Origin: an uncultured Acidimicrobiales bacterium
Lineage (GTDB): Bacteria > Actinomycetota > Acidimicrobiia > Acidimicrobiales > SZUA-35
NCBI GenBank assembly: GCA_963715325.1
Contig: CAVQRR010000002.1
Span: 13,428-77,427, forward strand
Direction: 5' to 3'
Length of the DNA: 64,000 nt
In this document: piece after piece, positions 36,489 to 46,420 of the stretch
How the letters are laid out: the number at the start of each line of letters is the position of its first letter
Position numbering within the stretch: position 1 is the stretch's first letter
Program-made: the position numbers and the translations under genes
The notes under the pieces: model-generated
What the model saw: the letters and a program-made list of their open reading frames with translations, nothing else
What the model was told of the DNA's origin: nothing
Database searches by the model: none

Positions 36489-37601
36489 TCAACCGTGACG
36501 AACGGCGCCGACGCCGGCGGCAAAGATCGCCAGGCAGCGCCCGCCGCGGTCTTGTCGCCAGTGCGGGTCCTGCCGAGCGAAGACATGGTCCTCGGGGTGG
36601 GGCATCATGCCGAGCACCAAGCCGGACGGGTCGACGATGCCTGCGATGTCGGCATCCGATCCGTTGGGGTTCGCCGGGTAGGCGCCGCCGGCCGGGGCGC
36701 CGTCGGCGTCGCAGTAGCGGAACGCCACCAGGTCGGCCGAGCCGATGGCCGCGGCGTCGGTGGTCACGAATCGCCCCTCGCCGTGGGCCACGGGACAGCG
36801 GACCGGTGCCGACAGTTCGGCCATCCATGGCGAATGCCTGGCGCCGGGGGCCAGGCGGACCCAGCGGCACTCGAAGCGCCCGTTTGCGTTCTCGGCCAGC
36901 GTGGCCGCGACAACGCCTCCTGCGCCGGTGGGCCGCAGGCTGTGACCGGAGGGTTCGGATGGTTCGACGTCGCCGGGGAGCAGCCCGGCCCGGACCAGGG
37001 CCTGGAAACCGTTGCAGATCCCGATGATCGGCATCTCCCGTTCCCTGGCCTCGTTGAGCTGATCGGCGAACCACCCGCTGAGGTCGAGGGCCAGCAGCTT
37101 GCCGGCACCGAGGGCGTCGCCGTAGGAGAAACCGCCGGGCAGGGCCAGCAACTGATGGTCGATCAACTTGACCTCGCCGCTGCGAAGCAGTTGGAGCGGC
37201 ACCTGGTTGACCTCGGCTCCGGCCGCCCGGAACGCCATCGCCAACTCCTCGTTGCGGTTGGTGCCGGGGGCGATCGGTAGCAGCACGGTCGGCTTTCTGC
37301 CGCTCGGATCACGCCGATCGCCAAGGTCACCGGGTTCGGACGGGGCACCTTCGGGGTCGGTGTGTTCGGCCTGGCCGCCGCCGGGGTCGGTGTGTTCGGC
37401 CTGGCCGCCGCCGGGGTCGGTGTGATCGGCCTCGGCGCCGCCGGCCTCGATGTGATCGGCCCGGCCGCCGCCGGGGTCGGTGTGATCGACCTCGGCGCCG
37501 CCGGCCTCGGTGTGATCGGCGTCGGTGTGTTCGGCCCGGTCCGCAGCGACCGGACCGCCATCCACGTCCGCCGAATCGTGGTGGGCCGGCTCACCGCTCA
37601 T
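36489..37601 (-). CDS. purQ: phosphoribosylformylglycinamidine synthase subunit PurQ, with possible repeat-containing N-terminal extension
   Basis: GATase core: GICNGFQAL catalytic Cys, MMPHPE. ATG 37601 overlaps the purL stop (ATGA) and would add about 105 aa of His/Asp/Gly-rich repeats. The alternative core start is GTG 37286 (MLLPIAPGTNRNEE). Confidence 0.85.
   Translation of the reverse strand: MSGEPAHHDSADVDGGPVAADRAEHTDADHTEAGGAEVDHTDPGGGRADHIEAGGAEADHTDPGGGQAEHTDPGGGQAEHTDPEGAPSEPGDLGDRRDPSGRKPTVLLPIAPGTNRNEELAMAFRAAGAEVNQVPLQLLRSGEVKLIDHQLLALPGGFSYGDALGAGKLLALDLSGWFADQLNEAREREMPIIGICNGFQALVRAGLLPGDVEPSEPSGHSLRPTGAGGVVAATLAENANGRFECRWVRLAPGARHSPWMAELSAPVRCPVAHGEGRFVTTDAAAIGSADLVAFRYCDADGAPAGGAYPANPNGSDADIAGIVDPSGLVLGMMPHPEDHVFARQDPHWRQDRGGRCLAIFAAGVGAVRHG
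37353..37535. repeat. 30-bp tandem repeat, about 6 copies (GGGGTCGGTGTGTTCGGCCTGGCCGCCGCC and variants)
   Basis: Read directly from the sequence. On the minus strand it encodes decapeptide repeats of the type AEHTDPGGGQ / AEADHTDPGGG. Confidence 0.85.
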
Positions 37602-40463
37602 GGCCGCACCTCGGTGAAGGTCGACGATTTGAAGGCCCGGCCGATCTCGTCGAGACCGATGTCGACCTCGATCCCGATCCGCAGCCGATCGTCTTCGGTG
37701 ATCCAGCCGATTCGCACCGCCGAAGGCACGGCCTCGGCCAGCCGATCGGCATCGTCGGGTCGGATCTCCAGTAGGTACCGTCCGGGCCCTTCGCCGAACA
37801 GCTCGTATGGGCTGTGCCGCTCGGCAAGGGTGATCGACAGGCCCCGTCGACCGGCGAAGGCCCATTCGGCGGCCGCAACGGCAAGGCCACCTTCTGCGAT
37901 GTCGTGGGCGCTCACGACCATGCCGGACCGGATGGCCTGATGGACGGTGCGGTGGCGGGCCGCCGCCTCGGGATCGGCACCGGGCACATGACCTCCCCTG
38001 TCGCCGCCGGTCACCTCGTCGAGGTAGCTGCCGCCGAGGGCGCCGGTGGCCGGCCCGACCAGCCAGACGTCGTTCCCCGGCGTGGTCAGCCCGACGGCGG
38101 GGATCGTCGTCACGTCGTCGACGGTGCCGACAGCGGTGATGATCAGGGTCGGGGTGACCGGGTCGGCGACACCGTCGACTCCGACGAACTCGTTGAACAG
38201 CGAGTCCTTGCCGGAGACGAACGGGGCGCCATAGCCGACGGCCGCATCGTGGCAGCCCCGGCAGGCCGCAACCAGCCTGCCCAGCATCTCGGGGTCGGTC
38301 GGATCACCCCAGGCGAAATTGTCGAGCAGCGACAGCCGATCGGGGTCGGCGCCCGCCACCACGACGTTTCGCACCGCCTCGTCGACTGCGGCCCAGGCCA
38401 TCGACTGGCAATCGAAGCGACCGATCAGGATGGCGGCACCGATGCCGATGGCGACACCCCGCAGCGGGTCGGCCTGCTCGGTGCCGGGTGGGAATCATCA
38501 CCGTGCCGTCGGCCGGACCGTCCAGCTCGGCCCCGTCGTACGGCCGAACCACGGTACCGCCGAGCACCTCGTGATCGTAGGTTCGAATGACCGACTCGTT
38601 CGAGCGCAACGACGGATGGGCCAGCAGCGCCTTCAGCGCCTCGACCGGTTGGATCTGGTCGCCGACGATCTCCACCGGGTGACGGGGTTGGCGGGCGTCG
38701 TCCACCGACACCGCCTGCAGCTCGAGCCGGGGGCGCCCGTCGTGGAGGAAGCGGCAGTCGAGGTCGATCACCACGTCCTCACCGTCGAGCACCAGGAGAC
38801 GGCCGTCTCCGGTGAACCAGCCGATCACGGTGGCATCCACCTGCCATTGGTCGGCCAGCGCCAGGAGCGGGACCGGATCCGGTACGGCCATCACCATCCG
38901 TTCCTGGGCCTCGGACAGCCAGACCTCCCACGGTGACAACCCGGGATACTTGCGAGGCACCTTGGCCAGATCGACCTGGGCGCCGAGACTCTCGGCCATC
39001 TCACCGACGGCCGAGGACAGGCCCCCGGCCCCACAGTCGGTGATGGCGTGATACAAACCGGCATCGCGGGCCGCCACGACCAGATCGATCAGGCCCTTCT
39101 CCACCACCGGATCGCCGATCTGGACCGATGATCCTGCGATGTCGGCGGTTTCGACGCCCATCGACTGGGAGGAGAAGGTGGCCCCACCGACCCCGTCACG
39201 ACCGACCGCACCGCCGAGGACGACCACGAAGTCGCCGGCGATGGCGTTCGTCGGGTTCGAGCCCTTCGGCAAGAGGCCGAGACAGCCGGCGAAGACGAGC
39301 GGGGTGGTGGTGTAGCTCGGATCGTGGAAGATGGCACCGGCCAGATTGGGAACGCCGATCTTGTTGCCGTAGTCGCCGACGCCTGCGATGACACCGGACC
39401 GGACCCGCAAGGGATGGAGCACACCGTCGGGCAGGGCGTCGACCGGGAGATCTTCGGGACCGAAGCACAACACGTCGGTGATGGCGATCGGTTTCGCAGA
39501 CACCCCGAGGATGTCGCGGACGACGCCGCCGACACCGGTGTTGGCCCCACCGAAGGGCTCGAGGGCCGAAGGATGATTGTGGGTTTCGGCCTTGATGGCG
39601 AGATCGAACCGATCATCGAAGTTGACGATGCCGGCGTTGTCGACGAAGGCGCTCTCGACCCACGGGGCGTCGATCGCCTCGGTGGCGCCCCGGAGGTAGG
39701 TGTCGAGCAGGCCGTCGATCGGGCCGTCCGGGGTGGCGACCAGTGCCCGGAACGTCTTGTGCGAGCAATGCTCGCTCCAGGTCTGGGCCAGCGTCTCCAG
39801 CTCGCCGTCGGTCGGCTCCCTGCCCTCGGAGGCGAACCACTTCTGGATGGCCTCCATCTCATGGCCGCTGAGACCGAGCCGCCTGGTCCGGCTGACCTCA
39901 CCAAGCCCGTCGTGGTCGAGGCCGCCGATGGCGATCCTGGCGGTGGGGACAACCGATGCGTGCAGGTCGGCATGGGCCGGCGCCAGCTCGTCGGTCGCCC
40001 AGCGCTCGATCACCGTGTTGTGCAGCACTCGATCGGCCAGTTGCTCGAGTTGCTCGTCGTCGAGCTCGCCGTAGATCATCCACCGGGTGGCGACCGTCGC
40101 CGCCTCCAACGGGAGCCCGAGCTCACCGGCCGCACGCAGCAACTCGGTACCTTCTCTGTCGGTCACCCCGGGACGCAGCCCGGTTTCGACGATGCTGACC
40201 CGGCCGTGGCCGGACGGCGGCAGGTGTTCCCGGCGGTACATCCACCATTGATTCACGGGGTCGACGAGGAGCCGGTCCACCAGCTCCTCGATCTGGTTGC
40301 GGTCGAGGTCGCCCCGGAGGTGAATCACCCGGTAGGCGACGATCTGGTCGACCTCGACACCGAACAACCGGGCTTTCACCGCCGGGCCGTCCGGCCCGGC
40401 ATCAACCGTGCCCGGGCCGATGACAATGGCGAAATCCCTGGCTGTCCCCACCCCGAACAGCAT
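37598..40463 (-). pseudogene. purL: phosphoribosylformylglycinamidine synthase subunit PurL with two N-terminal PurS-like modules; one frameshift (possibly an assembly error)
   Basis: The ATG 40463 frame (ORF 38304..41009) carries the PurS-like modules and the PurL core (WSEHCSHKTF, ETHNHPSALEPFGGANTGVGG). After ...GTVMIPT the protein continues in the frame of ORF 37598..38401 (GTEQADPLRGVAIGIGA...MAWAAVDEAVRN). The shift is at the G-run 38486-38488. Confidence 0.85.
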
Positions 40464-40501
40464 GTCGGATCCGGGGCCGGGCGTGGCAGATTCGTCCCCC
40501 T

Positions 40502-40518
40502 TTTTACCAATTGTAAAA
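40502..40518. promoter_or_regulatory. AT-rich near-perfect palindrome in the purL / nucleotidase divergent promoter region
   Basis: TTTTACCAATTGTAAAA has 8 arm positions with one mismatch. It sits in an otherwise GC-rich 102-bp gap between purL (ATG 40463, minus) and the plus-strand gene at 40566. Confidence 0.35.
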
Positions 40519-40565
40519 CCGCAGACGGCTGCCGGGGCCGGGTTGGTGGCTGAGCGGCTAGCGTC

Positions 40566-41219
40566 TTGCCGGTGAGTTCGAGTTTTGTCCTGGGGGTCGA
40601 TCTGGACGGCGTCTGCGCCGATTACAACCTCGGCTTTCGAGAGATCGTCGCCGCTGATCGGGGGGTCGAGCCGGAGAGCTTGGCCATGCCGACGCAGTGG
40701 GGTTTCGAGAGTTGGGGCCTCGACGAGGGCGAGTACCTGCGGCTGCACAAGCTGGCGGTCACAGAGAAACGTCTGCTGCGCCATCTGCCGGCGGTGGAGG
40801 GCTGCGCCGACGCCCTGTGGCGGCTGTCCGACCTCGGCGCCTGGATCCGCATCATCACCCACCGGCTCTACACCAACTGGGGCCATGCCACCGCGGTTTC
40901 CGACACCGTGGCCTGGCTGGACGAGCAGCGCATCCCCTACCGCGACCTCTGCTTTCTCGGTGCGAAACCGCAGGTCGAGGCCGATGCCTACATCGACGAT
41001 GCGCCCCACAACATCGAAGCACTACGCCAGGCAGGCAACTCGGTGATCATCTTCGATCAGCCATACAACCGCGGGCTCGACGGGCTCCGGGCCCGGAACT
41101 GGACCGAAGTCGAGGAGCTGGTGGCCGATCTGGCGGCCAGGAAGGGGGCGGTCCAGCCGCAATTGCCCGGCTTCGACGCCGGATCGGAGAGGCTCGATCG
41201 CAAACGGGGCGGGCGCTGA
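40566..41219 (+). CDS. HAD-superfamily 5'(3')-deoxyribonucleotidase-like nucleotidase (NT5C family)
   Basis: DxDxV motif (GVDLDGVCADY), IITHR and DAYIDDAPHN blocks. 217 aa. Confidence 0.8.
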   Translation: MPVSSSFVLGVDLDGVCADYNLGFREIVAADRGVEPESLAMPTQWGFESWGLDEGEYLRLHKLAVTEKRLLRHLPAVEGCADALWRLSDLGAWIRIITHRLYTNWGHATAVSDTVAWLDEQRIPYRDLCFLGAKPQVEADAYIDDAPHNIEALRQAGNSVIIFDQPYNRGLDGLRARNWTEVEELVADLAARKGAVQPQLPGFDAGSERLDRKRGGR

Positions 41220-41236
41220 GGGTCCCGATCCGATCT

Positions 41237-41476
41237 TCAGCCGGCCGGTACGGCGCTGAGCACCCGATCGAGATCGTCGAGGGCGTTGGCCCACCAGACG
41301 TTGTCGACGGTGGTGAGACCGGGCATGTCGGACAGCAGGCGGTCGATCTCGGCGACCAGGGCGGGCCGATCGGTGGCGGCCAGGCGAACATCCAGGAGGT
41401 GATCGACCACCCGGCGCTTGTCACTGAGTTGACCGTCGATGTTGGCTCGATACTGCTCGATCAGGGTTGCAATCAC
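41237..41476 (-). CDS. hypothetical protein
   Basis: About 80 aa from GTG 41476 (VIATLIEQYRANIDG...), with strongly GC-biased third positions. No family was recognised. Confidence 0.4.
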   Translation of the reverse strand: MIATLIEQYRANIDGQLSDKRRVVDHLLDVRLAATDRPALVAEIDRLLSDMPGLTTVDNVWWANALDDLDRVLSAVPAG

Positions 41477-41597
41477 CAGGCCATGTTGCCACCTGCGACC
41501 CCACGATGGAAGAACCAGAGGACAGGTTGCCCACAAACTCCCTGGTCACAGAGCCATCGGACCTGCGGCCGCTAGGTCGCTTGGTACCGTTCGGGCC

Positions 41598-42005
41598 ATG
41601 ACCGGTTCGATTCCGGACGCTTTGGCCATCGTTGCCGCGCTGATCCTCGCCGCGGTGTTCGTCGTCGCCGCGGCGGCCAAGCTGCGAGCCGGCGCCGCCA
41701 CCGCCGCCGACTTCGCCTCGCTCGGCCTGCCCCGGCCCGAACTGTGGGCCAGCGCGGTGCCGATCATCGAGTTGGCGACCGCGGCGGTGCTGGCGATCGC
41801 CCCCGGGTGGGGCGGGGTGCTGTCGTTCGCACTGCTGAGCGCCTTCACGACGAACCTGGCCTTGGTGCTGCGGTCTGGTCGGGTCGCCAGTTGCGCCTGC
41901 TTCGGCGGGGCGTCGACCAGCCAGGTCTCGGCCCGCCACCTGGTCCGCAACGGGGTGCTGCTGGCCCTGGCGCTGCTGGCCGCGACGTCCGACGGTTGGT
42001 TCTGA
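41598..42005 (+). CDS. MauE/DoxX-family redox-associated membrane protein
   Basis: 135 aa with four TM helices and a conserved Cys pair in SCACFGG. The start is ATG 41598. Confidence 0.75.
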   Translation: MTGSIPDALAIVAALILAAVFVVAAAAKLRAGAATAADFASLGLPRPELWASAVPIIELATAAVLAIAPGWGGVLSFALLSAFTTNLALVLRSGRVASCACFGGASTSQVSARHLVRNGVLLALALLAATSDGWF

Positions 42006-42082
42006 CGGCACGGACCCCGGCCGTGTCGGTCCGGCCGGCAACCGTTCGACGAGCGCGGTGGCCGTCTGGTCTAATGGGTCGA

Positions 42083-43387
42083 ATGAGCACAACCGGTGAC
42101 CGGCAGTGGGGATTCAGGACACGATCGCTCCACGCCGGCGGGCAGCCCGATCGGACGACCGGCGCCCGAGCGGTGCCTATCTACCAGTCGACCAGCTTCG
42201 TGTTCGAGGACACCGAGGATGCAGCCGATCTGTTCGCCCTGCAGAAGTACGGCGTGATCTACTCCCGGATCTCCAACCCGACCACAGCTGCGTTCGAGGA
42301 ACGCATGGCCTCGCTCGAAGGGGCGATCGGTGCGGTTGCAACCTCGTCCGGCCAGGCCGCCGAGTTCCTCGCCGTCACCACCCTGGCCGGGGCTGGCGAC
42401 CACATCGTGGCCGCGGCCGGGCTCTACGGTGGAACGTACTCGCTGCTGTCGACCACACTCGGTCGCTTCGGTGTCGAGACGACCTTCGTCGACAACGATC
42501 GACCGGAGGCGTTCGCCGCCGCCATCCGACCCGAGACCAAGCTGCTCTACACCGAGGTGATCGGCAACCCGTCCGGTTCGGTGGCCGATCTGGAGGCGCT
42601 GGCCGACATCGCCCACAGCCACGGTCTGCCGCTCGTCGTCGATTCCACCTTCGCCACCCCGTACCTGTGCCGGCCCATCGAATTCGGGGCCGACATCGTG
42701 CTGCACTCCGCCACCAAGTTCATCGGCGGTCACGGCACCAGCATCGGTGGCGTGGTCTGCGAAGCCGGCACGTTCGACTGGGGGGCGTCCGGCCGCTTCG
42801 AGCGGCTGACCGAGCCGGTGCCGAGCTACAACGATCTCCGGTGGTGGGACAACTTCGGCGAGTACGCCTACTGCACCGCACTCCGCTCCGAGCAGTTGCG
42901 CGACGTCGGGGCCTGCCTCTCGCCGTTCAACGCGTTCCTGTTGCTCCAGGGCATCGAGACCCTGCCCCAGCGGATGGACGATCATGTGGCCAACGCCAAG
43001 GCGGTGGCGGCCTGGCTCGAGGGTGACCGGCGGGTGTCGTGGGTGGCCCACGCCGACCTGCCGGGCTCGCCGTACCACGAGTTGGCGGCCAAGTACCTCC
43101 CGCTGGGGGCCGGCGCCATCTTCACCTTCGGGCTCAACGGCGGCCGCAAAGCCGGGCAGCGATTCATCGAGAGCCTCCAGCTGATCAGCCACCTGGCCAA
43201 CGTCGGCGACGCCAGGACGCTGGTGATCCACCCGGCGTCGACCACCCATCAGCAGCTGTCGGACCAGCAGCTCGAGGCGGCAGGGGTCGGGCCGGACATG
43301 ATTCGGCTGTCGGTCGGGCTCGAGGACCTCGAAGACATCCTGTGGGATCTCGACCAGGCGCTCAGCGCAGCGACGGAGCTCGTATGA
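42083..43387 (+). CDS. metY: O-acetylhomoserine aminocarboxypropyltransferase (sulfhydrylase)
   Basis: The [10 protein letters not shown] start, YSRISNPT, the PLP lysine in [11 protein letters not shown], and a [12 protein letters not shown] tail. Confidence 0.92.
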   Translation: MSTTGDRQWGFRTRSLHAGGQPDRTTGARAVPIYQSTSFVFEDTEDAADLFALQKYGVIYSRISNPTTAAFEERMASLEGAIGAVATSSGQAAEFLAVTTLAGAGDHIVAAAGLYGGTYSLLSTTLGRFGVETTFVDNDRPEAFAAAIRPETKLLYTEVIGNPSGSVADLEALADIAHSHGLPLVVDSTFATPYLCRPIEFGADIVLHSATKFIGGHGTSIGGVVCEAGTFDWGASGRFERLTEPVPSYNDLRWWDNFGEYAYCTALRSEQLRDVGACLSPFNAFLLLQGIETLPQRMDDHVANAKAVAAWLEGDRRVSWVAHADLPGSPYHELAAKYLPLGAGAIFTFGLNGGRKAGQRFIESLQLISHLANVGDARTLVIHPASTTHQQLSDQQLEAAGVGPDMIRLSVGLEDLEDILWDLDQALSAATELV

Positions 43388-43902
43388 CAACCGCACCGAC
43401 CGGCTCGTCGAGGGCCACGCCAACCGTGTGGACGCCTCCCGGGGCCTCGGAGCGGAAACGTATCCTGGACGAGGCCGGCTCGATCGCCCTGGTCGGGGCG
43501 TCGTCGAACCCGGCCCGGGCCAGCAACTTCGTGATGACCTATCTCAAGTCGTCGATCTGCGACTACGACCTCTACCCGGTCAACCCCCGGGAGACCGAGG
43601 TCCTCGGCTTCACCGCCTACCCGTCGCTGGCCGAGCTGCCGGTCGTGCCCGACATCGTCGACGTGTTCCGCAGGCCCGAGGACTGCCCGGCCATCGCCAG
43701 GGAGGCCGTGGCCGTCGGTGCCAAGGTGCTGTGGCTGCAGCTGGGGATCTGGAGCGACGAGGCGGCGACCATCGCCAATGCCGCCGGCCTCGACGTCGTG
43801 ATGGATCGCTGCGCCAAGGTCGAACACGCACGGTTTGCCGGTGGCCTCCATCTGGCCGGCTTCGACACCGGTGTGATCAGCAGTCGCCGGGCCGCCCGCT
43901 GA
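43384..43902 (+). CDS. CoA-binding protein (YccU/CoA_binding_2 type)
   Basis: Its ATG overlaps the metY stop (ATGA). Pattern IALVGASSNPARASNFV...PDIVDVFRRPE...VLWLQLG. Confidence 0.85.
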   Translation: MTTAPTGSSRATPTVWTPPGASERKRILDEAGSIALVGASSNPARASNFVMTYLKSSICDYDLYPVNPRETEVLGFTAYPSLAELPVVPDIVDVFRRPEDCPAIAREAVAVGAKVLWLQLGIWSDEAATIANAAGLDVVMDRCAKVEHARFAGGLHLAGFDTGVISSRRAAR

Positions 43903-44038
43903 CCGCTCCCGACGCCGCGCCCCGGGCCACACCTCGCGTCGCCGGGCGAGGCCTGAAATCGGGCCGACCGATGTAACCACGAGCGCCCCGACCGCTCCCG
44001 TGGAGCGTCGGGCTCGTTCATCGGGCAGAATGGTGGCG

Positions 44039-46410
44039 ATGAATCTCCTCGATCAGCTCTTGTCGTGGTCTGCCGATGAGCTGTCGTACCTGATCGAACG
44101 TCGACCGGATCTGCTGCCGGCCACCGACCGGGGCCCGGAGGCGGTCGCCCGCAAGGCCGCAACCGCCATGTCGCTCGGTCGGGCGCTCGTCGGTGCTGAC
44201 GTCGGGATGCTGGTGGTGGCCGAGGCGCTGGTTGCCAAACATCCGGCAACTGTCGACGACCTCGACCGGCTGCTGGGAACCGGCGACGTGACCGCGGTGA
44301 TCGATGCGGTCGAACGACTGCGCCGGATCGGGGTCGTCGTCGTCGACGATCGGGTGATCTCCCCCGTCGGTGCGCTGCAGGACCTGCTCCATCGGCCCTT
44401 GGGGCTCGGCCCGTCGTTCGTCGAACTGGCAGAGCACCTGCCGACGGACACGATCGAACGGTTGGCGGTCGAGACACGAGCCGAGGGGGCGGCGAAACGA
44501 TCGGCAACCATCCGGGCCATCGCCCATCGCCTGTCCCAACCCGATGTCCTGGCCGAGCTGATGGCCGATGCGCCGGCAGACAGCGCAGCCCTTTTCGAGT
44601 CGCTGGTCTCCAGACGCTCCCCGGCGATACCGCTCCCGACCGGCTACCCCTACCGGGGTCTGGACGCCGACGATCCCCTGACCTGGCTGATGGACAAGCG
44701 GGCTGGTGATCGCGGTCACCGAATCGTTGGCCGAACTGCCGAGGGAGCCGGTGATCGCCTCCCGGCCGAACGGGCTGGCCCCCACCGCGGTGCTACGGCC
44801 GGTGGAGCCACGGCCGGTCGATGGGGTCGGGCCGGAGGTTGTGGCCGGCGGGTCGGCCGACAGCGCCAACCGACTCCTCGATGGTGCCGAGACACTGCTC
44901 CGGCTGGTGGATCGAGGCGAGGTCTCGGTACGCAAGGCGGGCGGCGTCGGCCCCCGCGAGCTCAAACGACTGGCCAAACTGTGCCGCCTCGATCAGGTCG
45001 ACGTCGCCCGGCTCTTCGAACTCCTGGCAGCGGCCCGGCTGCTCAAGGTCAGTGGCGGCTCGGTGATGTCGGCCGACGTGGTCTCCCGCTGGTGGTCCCT
45101 GCGGCGCCATCGGCGATATCTGGTCCTGGTCCGGGCCTGGCTGGCCTCCGACCGTTTCCTTTCACGGGGCCTGCTCGACGATCCCGGCGGCCAACGCATC
45201 GTCGCCCTCGGCGACCGGGAGCCTGTCGCCGCCGTCACTGCGGCCAGAACCGCGACGCTGACCACGATCTGCTCGCTTCCCCCTGGCGCCGCCTTCCAGC
45301 CAGACCAGCTGGCCGAAGCGGTGGTCTGGCACGGACCCAACCTCTGGGGCGCCGGCGACCCGCCCCCGGAGGTGCTGGTGGCGTGGACCCTGGCCGAGGC
45401 CGAGTTGCTCGGTCTGGTCGCCAACGATGCGGCCAGCGACATCGGCCGGGGATTGCTGGCCGCCGATGAGACGCTGGTCGATCGCGCCGCCGGGGCTGCG
45501 CTCGGCGACGACCAGGACAAGATGGTGCTGCAGGCCGACCTCACCGCGGTGTCCTTCGGACCACTGGCGCCATCCGTGGCCCGGTCGCTTGGCGAGATGA
45601 CCGATCGGATCGACGGTGCCGGCGACGGCCGGGCTCCCGGGTTCCGGTTCACCGAGGCCAGCGTACGTCGAGCCTTCGACCGGGGCTGGACCGTCGAATC
45701 GATCACCGGCTTCCTGACCGAGCACGGCCTGGCTGGCCTGCCTCAGCCGCTGGCCTATCTGCTGGCGGATGTTTCCCGGCGCTACGGCTCCATCCGGGTC
45801 ATGCCGGCCCAGGCGATCATCGTCACCGCAGATGACATCTCGGCGGTCGAGATCGCCGCCAACCGCAAGGCGGCCAAGCTGGGGCTCCGCCTGGTGGCAC
45901 CCACCGTGCTGACCTCACCGCTGGACCCGGTGACCGTCGTGGAGTCCCTGCGGGCACTGGGGTTGTTTCCCGTGCTCGACGGTTCGTCGGTCGTCATCGA
46001 CGAACCCCGGGCCGGTGCGGACCGCGAATCCGGGATCGAGGGCTCGCCCGCTGACCTCCCGGCCGACTGGTCCGGACCGCCGGTGCCGACCGGACCGTTC
46101 CCCGACGAAGTCAGCGAGGCGGTCGCCCAGCTCCAAGCGGACAGCCCCGACGAATCGGCCGCCACGGGCCGACGGCGGGTCATCCGACCGGGGGACGGAG
46201 ACGGTCGAGCAGCGGGTGACCACCGCCGTCCTGCTGCAGCCGTTCTGGGGTCGTGCGGTGGCGGTCGATGCGCTGGTCGACGGCACACCGAATCGCCTGA
46301 CCGGGACCCTGGTCGGTCTCGGGTCGGTGACATCGCTGCTGACGACCACCGGCGTTGTCGAGCTGGCCACCGAATCGATCATCGACGTCGCCGACCCCGA
46401 GACGGTCTGA
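44039..46410 (+). pseudogene. helicase-associated protein upstream of XPB, two frameshifts
   Basis: One protein is spread over three frames: ORF 44000.. to about 44700, ORF 44706.. to about 46190, and the ORF 46015..46410 frame to TGA 46408-46410. The shifts are at 44697-44705 and at the G5 run 46190-46194. Confidence 0.65.
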
Positions 46411-46420
46411 ACCGAACAGC

